Made by a program: the position numbers and the translations under genes
Assembly (NCBI GenBank): GCA_026016245.1
Contig: CP061211.1
Coordinates: forward strand, 150,001-182,000
Direction of reading: 5' to 3'
Source: Candidatus Pacearchaeota archaeon
Lineage (GTDB): Archaea > Nanobdellota > Nanobdellia > Pacearchaeales > UBA284
Length of the DNA: 32,000 bases
Notes under the pieces: generated by a model
Told to the model about the DNA's origin: nothing
Seen by the model: the letters and a program-made list of their open reading frames with translations, nothing else
Database searches by the model: none
Shown here: positions 16,570 to 25,660 of the stretch, piece after piece
Layout: each line of letters opens with the position of its first letter
How positions within the stretch are numbered: position 1 is the first letter of the stretch

Positions 16570-17358
16570 TCAACCTCTTTTCTTTAGAAGAGTAATTCTT
16601 TCATAACCTTCAACTTTATCTTTCTTAAAATTAATAGTAGGGATATCCTTTTCAAATAAAATTATTTTAAAATATTTCTCTAAATACTTTTTTGAAAATA
16701 TGGTTCCTATATCATCTATCAATATCAAACACCCTTCTGAATCAAGCAAAGAAGATATTTTCTTGATTAGTCCTTTTCTATTTTTTAACTCCCATTGAAA
16801 TTTCTTGGGGGAATGGCACATATAATTGATGCTGTAAACCATATTGGCCAAAATAATATCATATTTTTGATCCAACTTTTTTGGAAAGTTCTTCATATTT
16901 GCTTTGAATGTTCTTACCTTATCAACTGCTTTGGGAAACGGTTCAATTCCGAAAGCAGAAAATCCTTTTTTGTTTAACAAATTAATCAGGATAGGGTAAT
17001 CTCCAAATCCTATTTCCAAGATTTTCTCATCGCCCTTCGTTATTTTTTTAATCAATGAAAAACTGTTTTCATAAAAAATTTCTACAGGAAAAAAACTTTT
17101 GTTCTTTTTTGGAATATTTTGTTTTAATTCAATATACGCTTTTTTAACATTATTCTTATTTAATCCAAATTTATTTTTTTGTATATCTGTTAGTTGATTA
17201 GAACAAACTTGTCTTAATTTTATTCTAAATTTATCCCAATTTTTATCACTGCCTTTTTCTTTAACATAATCATAGTAAATTTTATCAAATGCTTCGGCTC
17301 TTTCTTTTGGAGAATATTTTATACTTAATGCTTTTCTCATCAATATTTCTGGTTTCAT
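16570..17358 (-). CDS. class I SAM-dependent methyltransferase, substrate unknown
   Basis: Motif I ILEIGFGDYP, then the acidic loop FGIEP and post-I/II pattern DIILANMVYS. ATGA start/stop overlap with the upstream GNAT gene. Confidence 0.7.
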   Translation of the reverse strand: MKPEILMRKALSIKYSPKERAEAFDKIYYDYVKEKGSDKNWDKFRIKLRQVCSNQLTDIQKNKFGLNKNNVKKAYIELKQNIPKKNKSFFPVEIFYENSFSLIKKITKGDEKILEIGFGDYPILINLLNKKGFSAFGIEPFPKAVDKVRTFKANMKNFPKKLDQKYDIILANMVYSINYMCHSPKKFQWELKNRKGLIKKISSLLDSEGCLILIDDIGTIFSKKYLEKYFKIILFEKDIPTINFKKDKVEGYERITLLKKRG

Positions 17359-17849
17359 TTTTTAAATTTTTTCTGCATTCTAATAGCAGTATTTTTAAAT
17401 CCAAAACTTTTATGCAAATCTCTTGATTTTTTATTTTTAATAAACATTCCAGCAGCCACAGAATCAACTTTTCTTGATTTTAACCACATTAAGAGATCTT
17501 TAAGCAAAGCCTTAGAAATTTTCTTACCTCTCCAATTTCTTTTAAGGTATATACGGTTTATCTCTCCTTGTGTTTTATCATAACTTTGTATTTTAGCGTT
17601 GGCAAAACCAACAATCTCCTTTTCAATTAATGCTACAATAAATCTTTCACTTAGAGATTTAATATCTTTTTTGTAACTTTTTTTATGCTCTTTTTTCCAT
17701 TTGTCAAAGTCTTTTAGAATATTCTTCTTTGTTTTTTTAGGAAATTGTGTTTTAACTTCATCAACAACTCCCTCTCGATAAATTTCTTCTATTTGCGCAA
17801 TGTCCTCTTTTTTTGCCTTTCTTATTTTCAGTTCAGCCTCTTTTTTCAT
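17355..17849 (-). CDS. GNAT family N-acetyltransferase
   Basis: GNAT core pattern (IVGFANAK...IYLKRNWRGKKISKALLKDLLMWL...). Start set at ATG 17847-17849, preceded by a strong SD GGAGGA 6 nt upstream and 1 nt after the previous stop. The track start at 17870 would overlap the upstream gene by 20 nt. Confidence 0.75.
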   Translation of the reverse strand: MKKEAELKIRKAKKEDIAQIEEIYREGVVDEVKTQFPKKTKKNILKDFDKWKKEHKKSYKKDIKSLSERFIVALIEKEIVGFANAKIQSYDKTQGEINRIYLKRNWRGKKISKALLKDLLMWLKSRKVDSVAAGMFIKNKKSRDLHKSFGFKNTAIRMQKKFKK

Positions 17850-17850
17850 C

Positions 17851-18423
17851 TTATAATCCTCCGTAACCAATATCCAAAGTTTCCTTACCTTTTAAAATTA
17901 AATTGAATTTAGATTTGGAACGAACTAGGGCAATCATTCCATTTTTTTCAGTATATCTTTTTCCTGATTTGCCAAGAAATGTATAAGGTTGCTTCATGAT
18001 TACAAATCCAAATTTCTTATATAATCCTCCTAATTTAGGATCTTTAATATTTGTGCAAAGAAAAGCTACTTCACATTTTTGTTTTCTTAAGTCTTCCATG
18101 CTCTTTTTCATAAGATAAGATGCTATTCCTTTACCTCTTTTTTTCTTGACAGTACATAAACCGCCTATTCCTCCCAGAATAATTTTTTTCCCTTTATACC
18201 TGATGACTCTCCTAAAAAGCTCTACTGTTGAAATAACTGAACTATTTTCTAGAGCTAAGATATGTGCATAACCTTTACTACAATATTTGTCTTTGTTTTC
18301 TTTTACCTCTTTTTTAGGCATTCTAGCATAAAAACATTCATGACAAATTTTTTCTACTTGAGTCTTAAGTTTTCTAGGCACCTTAGAATAAGTTCTGATT
18401 TCGTAAGCTATCTTCTTTTTCAT
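17851..18423 (-). CDS. GNAT family N-acetyltransferase
   Basis: Acetyl-CoA-binding motif KKRGKGIASYLMKKSMEDL in a GNAT-like fold pattern. Start set at ATG 18421-18423 (MKKKIAYEIR), 1 nt after the deoA stop. The track start at 18471 would overlap deoA by 47 nt. Confidence 0.72.
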   Translation of the reverse strand: MKKKIAYEIRTYSKVPRKLKTQVEKICHECFYARMPKKEVKENKDKYCSKGYAHILALENSSVISTVELFRRVIRYKGKKIILGGIGGLCTVKKKRGKGIASYLMKKSMEDLRKQKCEVAFLCTNIKDPKLGGLYKKFGFVIMKQPYTFLGKSGKRYTEKNGMIALVRSKSKFNLILKGKETLDIGYGGL

Positions 18424-18424
18424 T

Positions 18425-19942
18425 TTAACCAACAACCATAGGCATGACTCTTTCTGCAACTTTTTGGGCATAATGTAATTTTGCTAATGTTTCTGCGTAT
18501 ATCGTAAATAATGTTTCTTTCTTTTTTACTTTATCTCCTATGTGTTTATTAAGGTAAATGCCGGCACTTTTATCTGCTGGAGATCCTGCTAGTCTTGCTA
18601 TTCTTGCCATTTTCTTGTTACTTATTTCTTTTAATATCCCTGATTGTTTTGCTTTCATGTCTTGTTTGAATTTTCCTAATCTTAATTTATTTTCTATATT
18701 TCTCAGGCTTCCTCTCTGCGCTTCTATAATCTGCTCAAATTTTTTGTATGCCTCTCCTGAAATAAGAATCCCTTTAGTAACTATATATGCTTGTTTTTCT
18801 GACATTCCTGTTACAAAAGAAAGAAGTTTTGTGGATAAGTAGAGAGCTCTGTTTTCTAGATCTATTGGCCTGTCTTTATCTTGTTTTAAGATAGCAAGAA
18901 CATCTTTCATTTCTAAAATTGTTCCTATACCATTTCCTACTGGCTGGGTTCCATCTGTTAATGCAACTATAATGTTAAGATTTAGTTTTTTTGCTATTTT
19001 CTCAAATTTGTGTTTAAGTTTTTCTGCTTCACTTCTGTTTGACATTTTTGCCCCTTTTCCATAAGAGATATCAATAAGAACATGGCTTGCGTTAACAGAG
19101 AGTTTTTTTGATAAGATTGATGCTAAAAGTTGAGCTTCTGGGTCTAGGCTAAGAATTCTTTCTATCTGAATAATCTTATCATCTGCAGGAGCTAATCCTA
19201 GAGAACCCCCCCAGACTAAGCAGGCATTAGTTTTTTTAACTATGTCTTTTATTTCATTAATGGAAAAATCTATTTTGGCTAAAGTTTCAATAACATCTGC
19301 TGTTCCTGCTGCACTTGTTATTGCTCTGCTAGATGTTTTTGGCATAACTGCTTTCAGCTTTAGTTGATCAATTGCTGAGGCTATTATACTTACTACCAAT
19401 GGAGTTGTTCTATTCCCTTCTACTCCCCCAATACTATGTTTGTCTATTGTAATTGGTTTGTCAAATTTAAGCTGATAACCTGTCTTAACCATGGCTTTTG
19501 TCATGCTAGCTATTTCATCAAAATTCATTCCTTGCAAATAAACAGAAGAGACAAAGAAAGCTACCTCAGCTTCTGTTAGTTCATTATTAACTATGTCTGA
19601 TATGATGGAGTAAATTTCTGTGAATGTTAGAGTTTGGCCATCTAATTTTTTGTGTATAAAACTAACACTTAACGGCTTAAGAGCTGGGCTGATTTCTATT
19701 ATTTCCTTGGATCTAAGCTTTAGATTTTTAAAAATTTCCTGAGATAGAGCAATTTCATCTTTGTTTAAAATGGTTTTGCCGCCTGTAAGGTCTACAGGAG
19801 CAACTATTTCTTTTTTCTTTCCATATCTCTTTATCTTTATTCTCTCACCTACATGTAGATTAAGATAACGTGCAATTTCTTCATGCAGAATAGCTATAGG
19901 TCTTCCAGCAAGTAGATGTAAAGCTTTGACTTTTAGTAACAT
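18425..19942 (-). CDS. deoA: AMP phosphorylase (archaeal thymidine-phosphorylase-family enzyme with an N-terminal extension)
   Basis: 505 aa. N-terminal extra domain of about 90 aa (MLLKVKALHLLAGRPIAILHEE...), then glycosyltransferase family 3 motifs DKHSIGGVEGNRTTP and SSRAITSAAGTADV. SD AGAGGT upstream. Confidence 0.85.
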   Translation of the reverse strand: MLLKVKALHLLAGRPIAILHEEIARYLNLHVGERIKIKRYGKKKEIVAPVDLTGGKTILNKDEIALSQEIFKNLKLRSKEIIEISPALKPLSVSFIHKKLDGQTLTFTEIYSIISDIVNNELTEAEVAFFVSSVYLQGMNFDEIASMTKAMVKTGYQLKFDKPITIDKHSIGGVEGNRTTPLVVSIIASAIDQLKLKAVMPKTSSRAITSAAGTADVIETLAKIDFSINEIKDIVKKTNACLVWGGSLGLAPADDKIIQIERILSLDPEAQLLASILSKKLSVNASHVLIDISYGKGAKMSNRSEAEKLKHKFEKIAKKLNLNIIVALTDGTQPVGNGIGTILEMKDVLAILKQDKDRPIDLENRALYLSTKLLSFVTGMSEKQAYIVTKGILISGEAYKKFEQIIEAQRGSLRNIENKLRLGKFKQDMKAKQSGILKEISNKKMARIARLAGSPADKSAGIYLNKHIGDKVKKKETLFTIYAETLAKLHYAQKVAERVMPMVVG

Positions 19943-19960
19943 TTTACCTCTTTTTAATTT

Positions 19961-21055
19961 TTAGATTGCTAATTTTATCTTTCCTGTTCTATAAAGTTCC
20001 ATAAATATTAGTAAGTATTCAAGAATAATTGGACCGACTATAAGGCCTATTGGACCTATCATCACTAAACCTCCTAACATACCTATTAATACTATTAAAG
20101 GATTTATTCTTGCTCTCTTGCCTACAATAAATGGTTTGACAATATCATCAATAGTGCTTACAATGACAAAACCAAAAACCATCATTAATATACCACTAGT
20201 AACATCCCCCGCAGCAATCATAATCAATCCAAGAGGGAACCAGACAAGCCAAGAACCTACAAAAGGCAGGATTGATAATAAGGTAGCAAGAATTGTGAAG
20301 AATAAAGGAGATGGTGCCCCAAAGATATAGAAACCAATACCAGCAGTAATACCTTGGATTATTCCAATAATAATCTGTCCATAAATAGTTGCATGAGCTA
20401 CATCTTGGGATCTCTTTATTAACTTTTCATTTACTTCAGAACTAAAAGGAAGAATTTCTCTAACATATTTCAATATGCTTTTGCCCTCTTTCAAGAAATA
20501 AAACATGACAAAAAAAGTTATGAAAAGTTGGATGAAAAATTGAGGGGCATTTGTCATAAACTGGCCTACTTGATTTATGAAGCTGTTTGTTAGAGAGACT
20601 AGACCTTGTTGTAATGTAAGTGTAATTTGTCTGGCTAATTCAGGAGAATCAGGGAAAATTGTCAAGATAGCTTTGTTAACAAGATCAAAGATATCAAGTT
20701 TCTGGATTGACATATACAAATTAAAGGCTTCTCTGACTGTAATCTGGGCTATGAAATAAACACCGAGAGCAAGAACAGCTATTACAAGGAGACAGATTAT
20801 TAAAGAGCTTATTGTAGACTTCTTTATCAGTTTATTGAGAAGTTTGTAGGGTTTGAAAAATATGAAAGCAAGTACAATACCAAAAAGTAGAGCTGCTATA
20901 TATGGTTTAATTATCAAAAAAGACAATACTGCAAGAACTGCTGTGATAACTATTGCTATGACTCTTCTTGATGCATGCCTATTCCCCATCATTGTCTCTT
21001 TTCTAGGTTTCATTTTCTTTACTTTTACTGCTCTCTTTTTACCTCTTTTTACCAT
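19961..21055 (-). CDS. AI-2E family transporter (PerM/UPF0118-like permease)
   Basis: 364 aa with about 8 TM segments. Basic N-terminus, and C-terminal conserved region DDIVKPFIVGKRARINPLIVLIGMLGG typical of the family. TATA-like box 30 nt upstream of ATG 21055. Confidence 0.75.
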   Translation of the reverse strand: MVKRGKKRAVKVKKMKPRKETMMGNRHASRRVIAIVITAVLAVLSFLIIKPYIAALLFGIVLAFIFFKPYKLLNKLIKKSTISSLIICLLVIAVLALGVYFIAQITVREAFNLYMSIQKLDIFDLVNKAILTIFPDSPELARQITLTLQQGLVSLTNSFINQVGQFMTNAPQFFIQLFITFFVMFYFLKEGKSILKYVREILPFSSEVNEKLIKRSQDVAHATIYGQIIIGIIQGITAGIGFYIFGAPSPLFFTILATLLSILPFVGSWLVWFPLGLIMIAAGDVTSGILMMVFGFVIVSTIDDIVKPFIVGKRARINPLIVLIGMLGGLVMIGPIGLIVGPIILEYLLIFMELYRTGKIKLAI

Positions 21056-21116
21056 TAAAATATTAATGCCAAAGAGTTTTATAAACTTTTTTAAAGTAAA
21101 GAGCCTTGAGAGAAAA

Positions 21117-22004
21117 ATGAGGAAACCAATAGTAGCTGGACAATTCTATTCAGCAGATAAAACAAATCTGGACAAAGAAATAGAATCTTCTTTTAGGCAT
21201 AGGCTAGGACCAGGGATGCCAAAAGTTCCACTTAAAGAAAAGAGGATTTTTGGAATTATAGTGCCACATGCTGGCTATGTTTATAGTGGATCTTGCGCTT
21301 CTCATGCTTACAAAGAACTTGCAGAGTTAAACAAGAAGAGCTTTCCAGACACTTTCATTCTTCTCGGACCTAATCATAGTGGTTATGGAAAGGCTTTCTT
21401 TTCTCTAACATTTGAAGATTTTGAAACCCCTTTAGGGATTATAAAAAATCATACTGAACTTGGAACTAAAATAATGGAACAGACTTCTCATTTAGGATTG
21501 CAAGAAGACAAGCAAGCACATAATTATGAACATAGTTTAGAAGTACAGTTACCTTTTCTGCAGTTTGTATCAAAGATAGCTAAAAAAGAAATAAAAATTA
21601 TTCCAATAATAATTTCCACGCAAGAATACAGTAAGCTTGTGGCTGTAGGAAGGAAAATTGGTGAAATTTGTAAGGAAAAAAATGTTTGTGTTATTGCAAG
21701 CAGTGATTTTACACATTATGGCCAGAATTATGGATTTATTCCTTTTCCAGCAAGTGAGGCAAAAACAAGGCTGAAGGATTTAGATAGAAAGTCAATTAAT
21801 CATATTTTAAAATTAGAGAGCAAGGCTTTTTATGAAGAAGCGACAAAGACAACAATTTGTGGAACAGGTGCTATTGTTGTTGCAATAGAAGCATGTAAAA
21901 AGATGGGGTCAAAAAAAGCTTCTCTGCTTAAGTATTACACAAGCGGGGATATAGCAAAGAATTATAGTAATGCTGTTGGTTATGCTAGTTTTATTTTTGA
22001 TTAG
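21117..22004 (+). CDS. MEMO1 / AmmeMemoRadiSam system protein B family protein
   Basis: MRKPIVAGQFYSADK..., VPHAGYVYSG, LGPNH, HSLEVQLPFLQ, SSDFTHYG are family signatures. Start moved from 20853 to ATG 21117 because the upstream 88 codons overlap the permease gene on the opposite strand and are not part of the family. Confidence 0.88.
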   Translation: MRKPIVAGQFYSADKTNLDKEIESSFRHRLGPGMPKVPLKEKRIFGIIVPHAGYVYSGSCASHAYKELAELNKKSFPDTFILLGPNHSGYGKAFFSLTFEDFETPLGIIKNHTELGTKIMEQTSHLGLQEDKQAHNYEHSLEVQLPFLQFVSKIAKKEIKIIPIIISTQEYSKLVAVGRKIGEICKEKNVCVIASSDFTHYGQNYGFIPFPASEAKTRLKDLDRKSINHILKLESKAFYEEATKTTICGTGAIVVAIEACKKMGSKKASLLKYYTSGDIAKNYSNAVGYASFIFD

Positions 22005-22632
22005 ATTGTGCAAAAATTTTTTTGCTAGAATAGAGTCTGGATCCTGGTAAATTTAAATAATAAAAATAACCTTCTTTTTTGATTTCTTCTACAAAATCTT
22101 TAGGATAGTTATTCAGATTGCGTGTAAAATTTCTGCCATTGAGGACTTTCTTTTCTAATTTGTCTGGAATTTTTTTTATCAGTCTTTTTATATTCTTAAA
22201 AACAAGATCAATTAAAAGAAGTTTATTCAAATCTAAGTCTATCTTATTTAAGGGTATTTTATAATAAGGAATATATCTAGGGCCATGTTGGATTTTTTTA
22301 TCCATAAATTCATGAAGTTCCCATTTCAAAGAATCTGATATCTTTCTGCTATTAAAATTATCCTTCAGCTCCTGTTCTCTGCCATAAAAGAAAAAGCCAT
22401 TATCATTATTGTTAACTTTTCTTATGTATAATTTCTTTTTCCTTAATTCTATAATATACTCATTACAAATTCCACATAATGTATGCATTGGCAATACCTG
22501 GTTTTGAAGAGGTATCAGTGTTTTGTTTACTCTTATTGTTGCTAAGATGCCATTCCCATTCTCTAGACCTTTAAGATCAAACAAAACTTTACCTAATCTA
22601 TAGATACCATAATATGATTGAAAAGCTGGCAT
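21991..22632 (-). CDS. hypothetical protein
   Basis: 213-codon ORF. The minus strand reads TTTTTAAATA (plus-strand coordinates 22657-22666) about 34 nt upstream of its ATG. No motif recognised. Confidence 0.5.
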   Translation of the reverse strand: MPAFQSYYGIYRLGKVLFDLKGLENGNGILATIRVNKTLIPLQNQVLPMHTLCGICNEYIIELRKKKLYIRKVNNNDNGFFFYGREQELKDNFNSRKISDSLKWELHEFMDKKIQHGPRYIPYYKIPLNKIDLDLNKLLLIDLVFKNIKRLIKKIPDKLEKKVLNGRNFTRNLNNYPKDFVEEIKKEGYFYYLNLPGSRLYSSKKIFAQSNQK

Positions 22633-22720
22633 TTTCTATTCCCCTTATAATCCTTATATTTAAAAACTTTCTAGTATTTCTATCTTTATTGTCACTGCCT
22701 TGTGGTTACAGATAGAAAGC

Positions 22721-22730
22721 TTTATAAATA
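22721..22730 (+). promoter_or_regulatory. TATA box (AAGC-TTTATAAATA) for the 22750 gene; leaderless spacing
   Basis: Identical 10-mer to the boxes at 23871 and 7681 (minus strand). 29 nt from the 5' end of the box to the ATG. Confidence 0.5.
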
Positions 22731-22749
22731 TTGAATCCTTATAAATCTC

Positions 22750-23097
22750 ATGCCAATAGATGTATATATTCCAACAATAGAAGAAGAGCTAACAGAGATT
22801 GAAAAATCTCTAAAAACTGGAGAAATCTTTAATCTATCAGAAAGTGCCATTGAATTATACTATAATCTTGAGGATGACACAAGTAGAGCAAAAGACATTT
22901 CTACGCATTTGTTAGAATCAGGATATACTTTTGTAGGAATTCAGAGAGCAAAAAACGACGAAGTAGCTAAAAAAGTCAAGCAATATAAAGAAAAGGGAAG
23001 GAAGATAGAGGGGGTATCCATCGCTTCAATGAAAATAGATGGGTTTTCTAAGATTACTACACCATTAGAAGACGTGATGGCTTATTTTGTAAACTAA
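22750..23097 (+). CDS. hypothetical protein
   Basis: 115-codon ORF with a promoter-like box at the expected distance. Followed 14 nt later by the next gene, with AAAGGAG upstream of that gene's start. No motif recognised. Confidence 0.5.
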   Translation: MPIDVYIPTIEEELTEIEKSLKTGEIFNLSESAIELYYNLEDDTSRAKDISTHLLESGYTFVGIQRAKNDEVAKKVKQYKEKGRKIEGVSIASMKIDGFSKITTPLEDVMAYFVN

Positions 23098-23111
23098 AAA
23101 GGAGATTAAAA

Positions 23112-23441
23112 ATGGATAATGAAAAATTAGCAGATATTATATGGAAAGGTTTTACTCGAATTGTTCTTCCTGCAGCTTTGCTTGCAATTGTTGGTAAAGG
23201 AATCTATGATATTGGAGATTATAAAAAATCATTAAATAATCCTGATTCAATAGCTACTTATGTTATAAAACCTGGCGATGGTTTAGATATAATTGGACTA
23301 AAAGAAGGTTTTTGTCCATCTTGGATGAGAATCGATGACTGGAGATGCCAAGTTGCAAAAATGAATGATAGAAAACATAATCCTGATAGCCTTGTTCCAG
23401 GAGAAACACTTACACTCCCATTTTATGAAGAAAGGAGATAA
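23112..23441 (+). CDS. small membrane-anchored protein with a LysM-like domain (tentative)
   Basis: N-terminal TM segment IVLPAALLAIVGKGIY. C-terminal YVIKPGDGLDIIG...QVAKMNDRKHNPDSLVPGETLTLP resembles the LysM pattern (Y.V..GD.L..I....N......L..G..L.iP), with a Cys-containing insertion. Confidence 0.4.
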   Translation: MDNEKLADIIWKGFTRIVLPAALLAIVGKGIYDIGDYKKSLNNPDSIATYVIKPGDGLDIIGLKEGFCPSWMRIDDWRCQVAKMNDRKHNPDSLVPGETLTLPFYEERR

Positions 23442-23499
23442 TGTTTAAAAGTTTCTTTTTCTTTGATGTTCTAAGATTAGAGAAAGATATAAAATTTGT

Positions 23500-23838
23500 T
23501 TATTTTTCTGAAAAATGTAATCCCAATTCTTTTGCGCATTTATTAGCTTCTTCTTTACTGACTGCATAAATTATGACTTGTTTTTTAGCAATGCTATCTT
23601 CATAGATGACTACTCCATTTCTTAATACATGAACATATTGTCCTGCTATAGAATACTGCCCTGTTGAAAAGTGGTCTAGTCTTCCTATAAGTGGTTTTTC
23701 TTCTATTTTATCTAAAGTAGAAATATATTTTTTATGAGATATTTTCAAAAATTTCTTATTTTGCTCTTTATCTGGGTTATGATATTCATCTAGATGGATC
23801 TGGTAATTCACTATAAAACCATCTAAGCTTTTTCCCAT
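23500..23838 (-). CDS. hypothetical protein
   Basis: 112-codon ORF divergent from aIF5B. No motif recognised. Confidence 0.45.
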   Translation of the reverse strand: MGKSLDGFIVNYQIHLDEYHNPDKEQNKKFLKISHKKYISTLDKIEEKPLIGRLDHFSTGQYSIAGQYVHVLRNGVVIYEDSIAKKQVIIYAVSKEEANKCAKELGLHFSEK

Positions 23839-23870
23839 TTTTTATTTAAAGTCTTAATAAACTCTTAAGA

Positions 23871-23880
23871 TTTATAAATA
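23871..23880 (+). promoter_or_regulatory. TATA box (AAGA-TTTATAAATA) for aIF5B; leaderless spacing
   Basis: Identical 10-mer to the box at 22721. 32 nt from the 5' end of the box to the ATG at 23903. No SD in between. Confidence 0.5.
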
Positions 23881-23902
23881 TAATTTATCTGGAATATATA
23901 TT

Positions 23903-25645
23903 ATGAAAATAAGACAACCAATCGTAACTGTAGCAGGTCATGTTGATCATGGCAAGACTACGATACTTGATTCTATTAGAGGTACATGTATTGCTGCTAA
24001 AGAGGCAGGCAAGATAACTCAGAAAATCTCTTTTACACATGTTCCATCTGAGATTATAAAAGAAAATTGTAAGACTCTTCTTGAAAAATACAAAATTGAG
24101 CTTGAAATACCTGGATTTTTGTTTATTGATACACCTGGACATGCAGCCTTTACTAACCTAAGAAAGAGAGGAGGGGCTTTGGCTGATCTTGCTATTCTTG
24201 TTATTGATATTAATGAGGGAATAATGGAACAGACAAGAGAGAGTATTGATGTATTGAAAGCTAGTAAAGTGCCTTTTATTGTTGCCTTAAACAAGATTGA
24301 TGCTATAACAGGCTGGACAAAAAGATCTGATGACTTGAAAGAAAGTATAGAAAGCCAGGCTGGTTTTACAAAGAAAGATTTTGAAAAAAAGCTTTATAGG
24401 ATAATCAGTGCTTTTGCTGGCATTGGTTTTGATACTGATATTTTTTATAGAGTAGGAAATTTTACAAAACAAATAACCTTAATTCCTTGTTCTGGAAAAA
24501 CTTGTGAAGGGATTCCAGAGCTTGTTGTCATGTTGGCTGGCTTGGCTCAAAGATTCCTTAAAGGCAAACTTGCTCTTGGTAAGGAAGGTAAAGGAACTAT
24601 ACTTGAAGTTAAGAAAGAGAAAGGAATTATTAATATTGAGGCTATTCTTTATGATGGAATTCTTTCAAAAAAAGACACTCTTGTTATCGCAACCATGGGT
24701 AAGGCAATTGATACAAGAATCAGGGCTTTATTCAAGGCCTTATCCCTTGGAAAAGGGTTTGAGCCTGCTAAAGAGATTAGTGCAAGTGCTGGAATAAGAC
24801 TGCATTTGCCAACAACAGAAGAAATTATTCCAGGAATGCCATTTCTAGTCACAGCAGAAACTAGAGAAGAAAAAATTAATGAATTAAAAAAATCTCTGCA
24901 GAAAGAGGTTGAACAAGTTTTACAGCTAGATAAAGAAGGGATTATTGTTAAGGCTGAATCTCTTGGAAGTTTAGAAGCTTTATTATTCTTACTGAGAAAA
25001 GAAGGTATTCGTGTGAAAAAGGCAGAGATTGGCAATATAAAGAGACAGGATATAGCCTTGGCAATAACAAATCTAGAGACAAGCCCTCTTGAAGCTGTGA
25101 TAGTTGGTTTTAATGTTATTCTTGAGCCTGATACAGAGATTGATGAAAGAATTAAGGTTATAGAATCTGATGTAATATACAAAATTACTGAAGATCTAGC
25201 TAAATGGAGAAAGGAAAAGGAGATTGAAATAGAGAGGGAGAAACTAGCTAAATTGACAATGCCTGGCAAGATTAAGGTTATGAGAAATGTCTGTTTTAGG
25301 CAGAGTAAGCCAGCAATATTTGGTGTTAGAGTAGAGGCTGGAACATTAAAAGCTGGGACAAGGTTAATGAATGAAGAAGGCAAAAAAGTTGACAAAATAA
25401 AGAACATGCAATCTGAAGGCAAGAGTGTAGAGAAAGCTGAAAAAAGTAAAGAGTTAGCAATCTCTCTGCCTAAAATTACATTTGGCAGGCAAGTCAAAGA
25501 AGATCAAATACTATACACAGAAATCCACGAAGAAGATTTTAGAAAGTTAAAGAAGAACAAAAAATATCTAAGCCAGGATGAAATAAAAATTTTACAGGAA
25601 ATAGCAAATATAAAGAGAAAAGAAAAAGCTACTTGGGGGATATGA
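23903..25645 (+). CDS. infB: translation initiation factor aIF5B (IF2-type GTPase)
   Basis: N-terminal RQPIVTVAGHVDHGKTTILD (G1), DTPGH (G3), NKID (G4). 580 aa, four-domain aIF5B length with no bacterial IF2 N-terminal region. Confidence 0.93.
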   Translation: MKIRQPIVTVAGHVDHGKTTILDSIRGTCIAAKEAGKITQKISFTHVPSEIIKENCKTLLEKYKIELEIPGFLFIDTPGHAAFTNLRKRGGALADLAILVIDINEGIMEQTRESIDVLKASKVPFIVALNKIDAITGWTKRSDDLKESIESQAGFTKKDFEKKLYRIISAFAGIGFDTDIFYRVGNFTKQITLIPCSGKTCEGIPELVVMLAGLAQRFLKGKLALGKEGKGTILEVKKEKGIINIEAILYDGILSKKDTLVIATMGKAIDTRIRALFKALSLGKGFEPAKEISASAGIRLHLPTTEEIIPGMPFLVTAETREEKINELKKSLQKEVEQVLQLDKEGIIVKAESLGSLEALLFLLRKEGIRVKKAEIGNIKRQDIALAITNLETSPLEAVIVGFNVILEPDTEIDERIKVIESDVIYKITEDLAKWRKEKEIEIEREKLAKLTMPGKIKVMRNVCFRQSKPAIFGVRVEAGTLKAGTRLMNEEGKKVDKIKNMQSEGKSVEKAEKSKELAISLPKITFGRQVKEDQILYTEIHEEDFRKLKKNKKYLSQDEIKILQEIANIKRKEKATWGI

Positions 25646-25660
25646 TAATTAATGATATTT

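Noticed and set aside
20853-21116. N-terminal 88 codons of the track ORF 20853-22004
   Set aside because: This stretch overlaps the 5' end of the AI-2E permease gene on the opposite strand and translates to hydrophobic junk. The Memo family signature begins right at the internal ATG 21117 (MRKPIVAGQFY), which has an upstream TATA-like box.
24649-25497. 282-aa minus-strand ORF antisense to aIF5B, plus smaller ones at 24019-24294 and 24287-24472 and a + strand alternative-frame ORF at 24504-24797
   Set aside because: aIF5B is clearly the real gene (G1-G4 motifs). The antisense product is Ser/Leu/Ile-rich with no motifs. This is expected when K/E-rich GAA/AAG codons are read as TTC/CTT, which also depletes stop codons on that strand.
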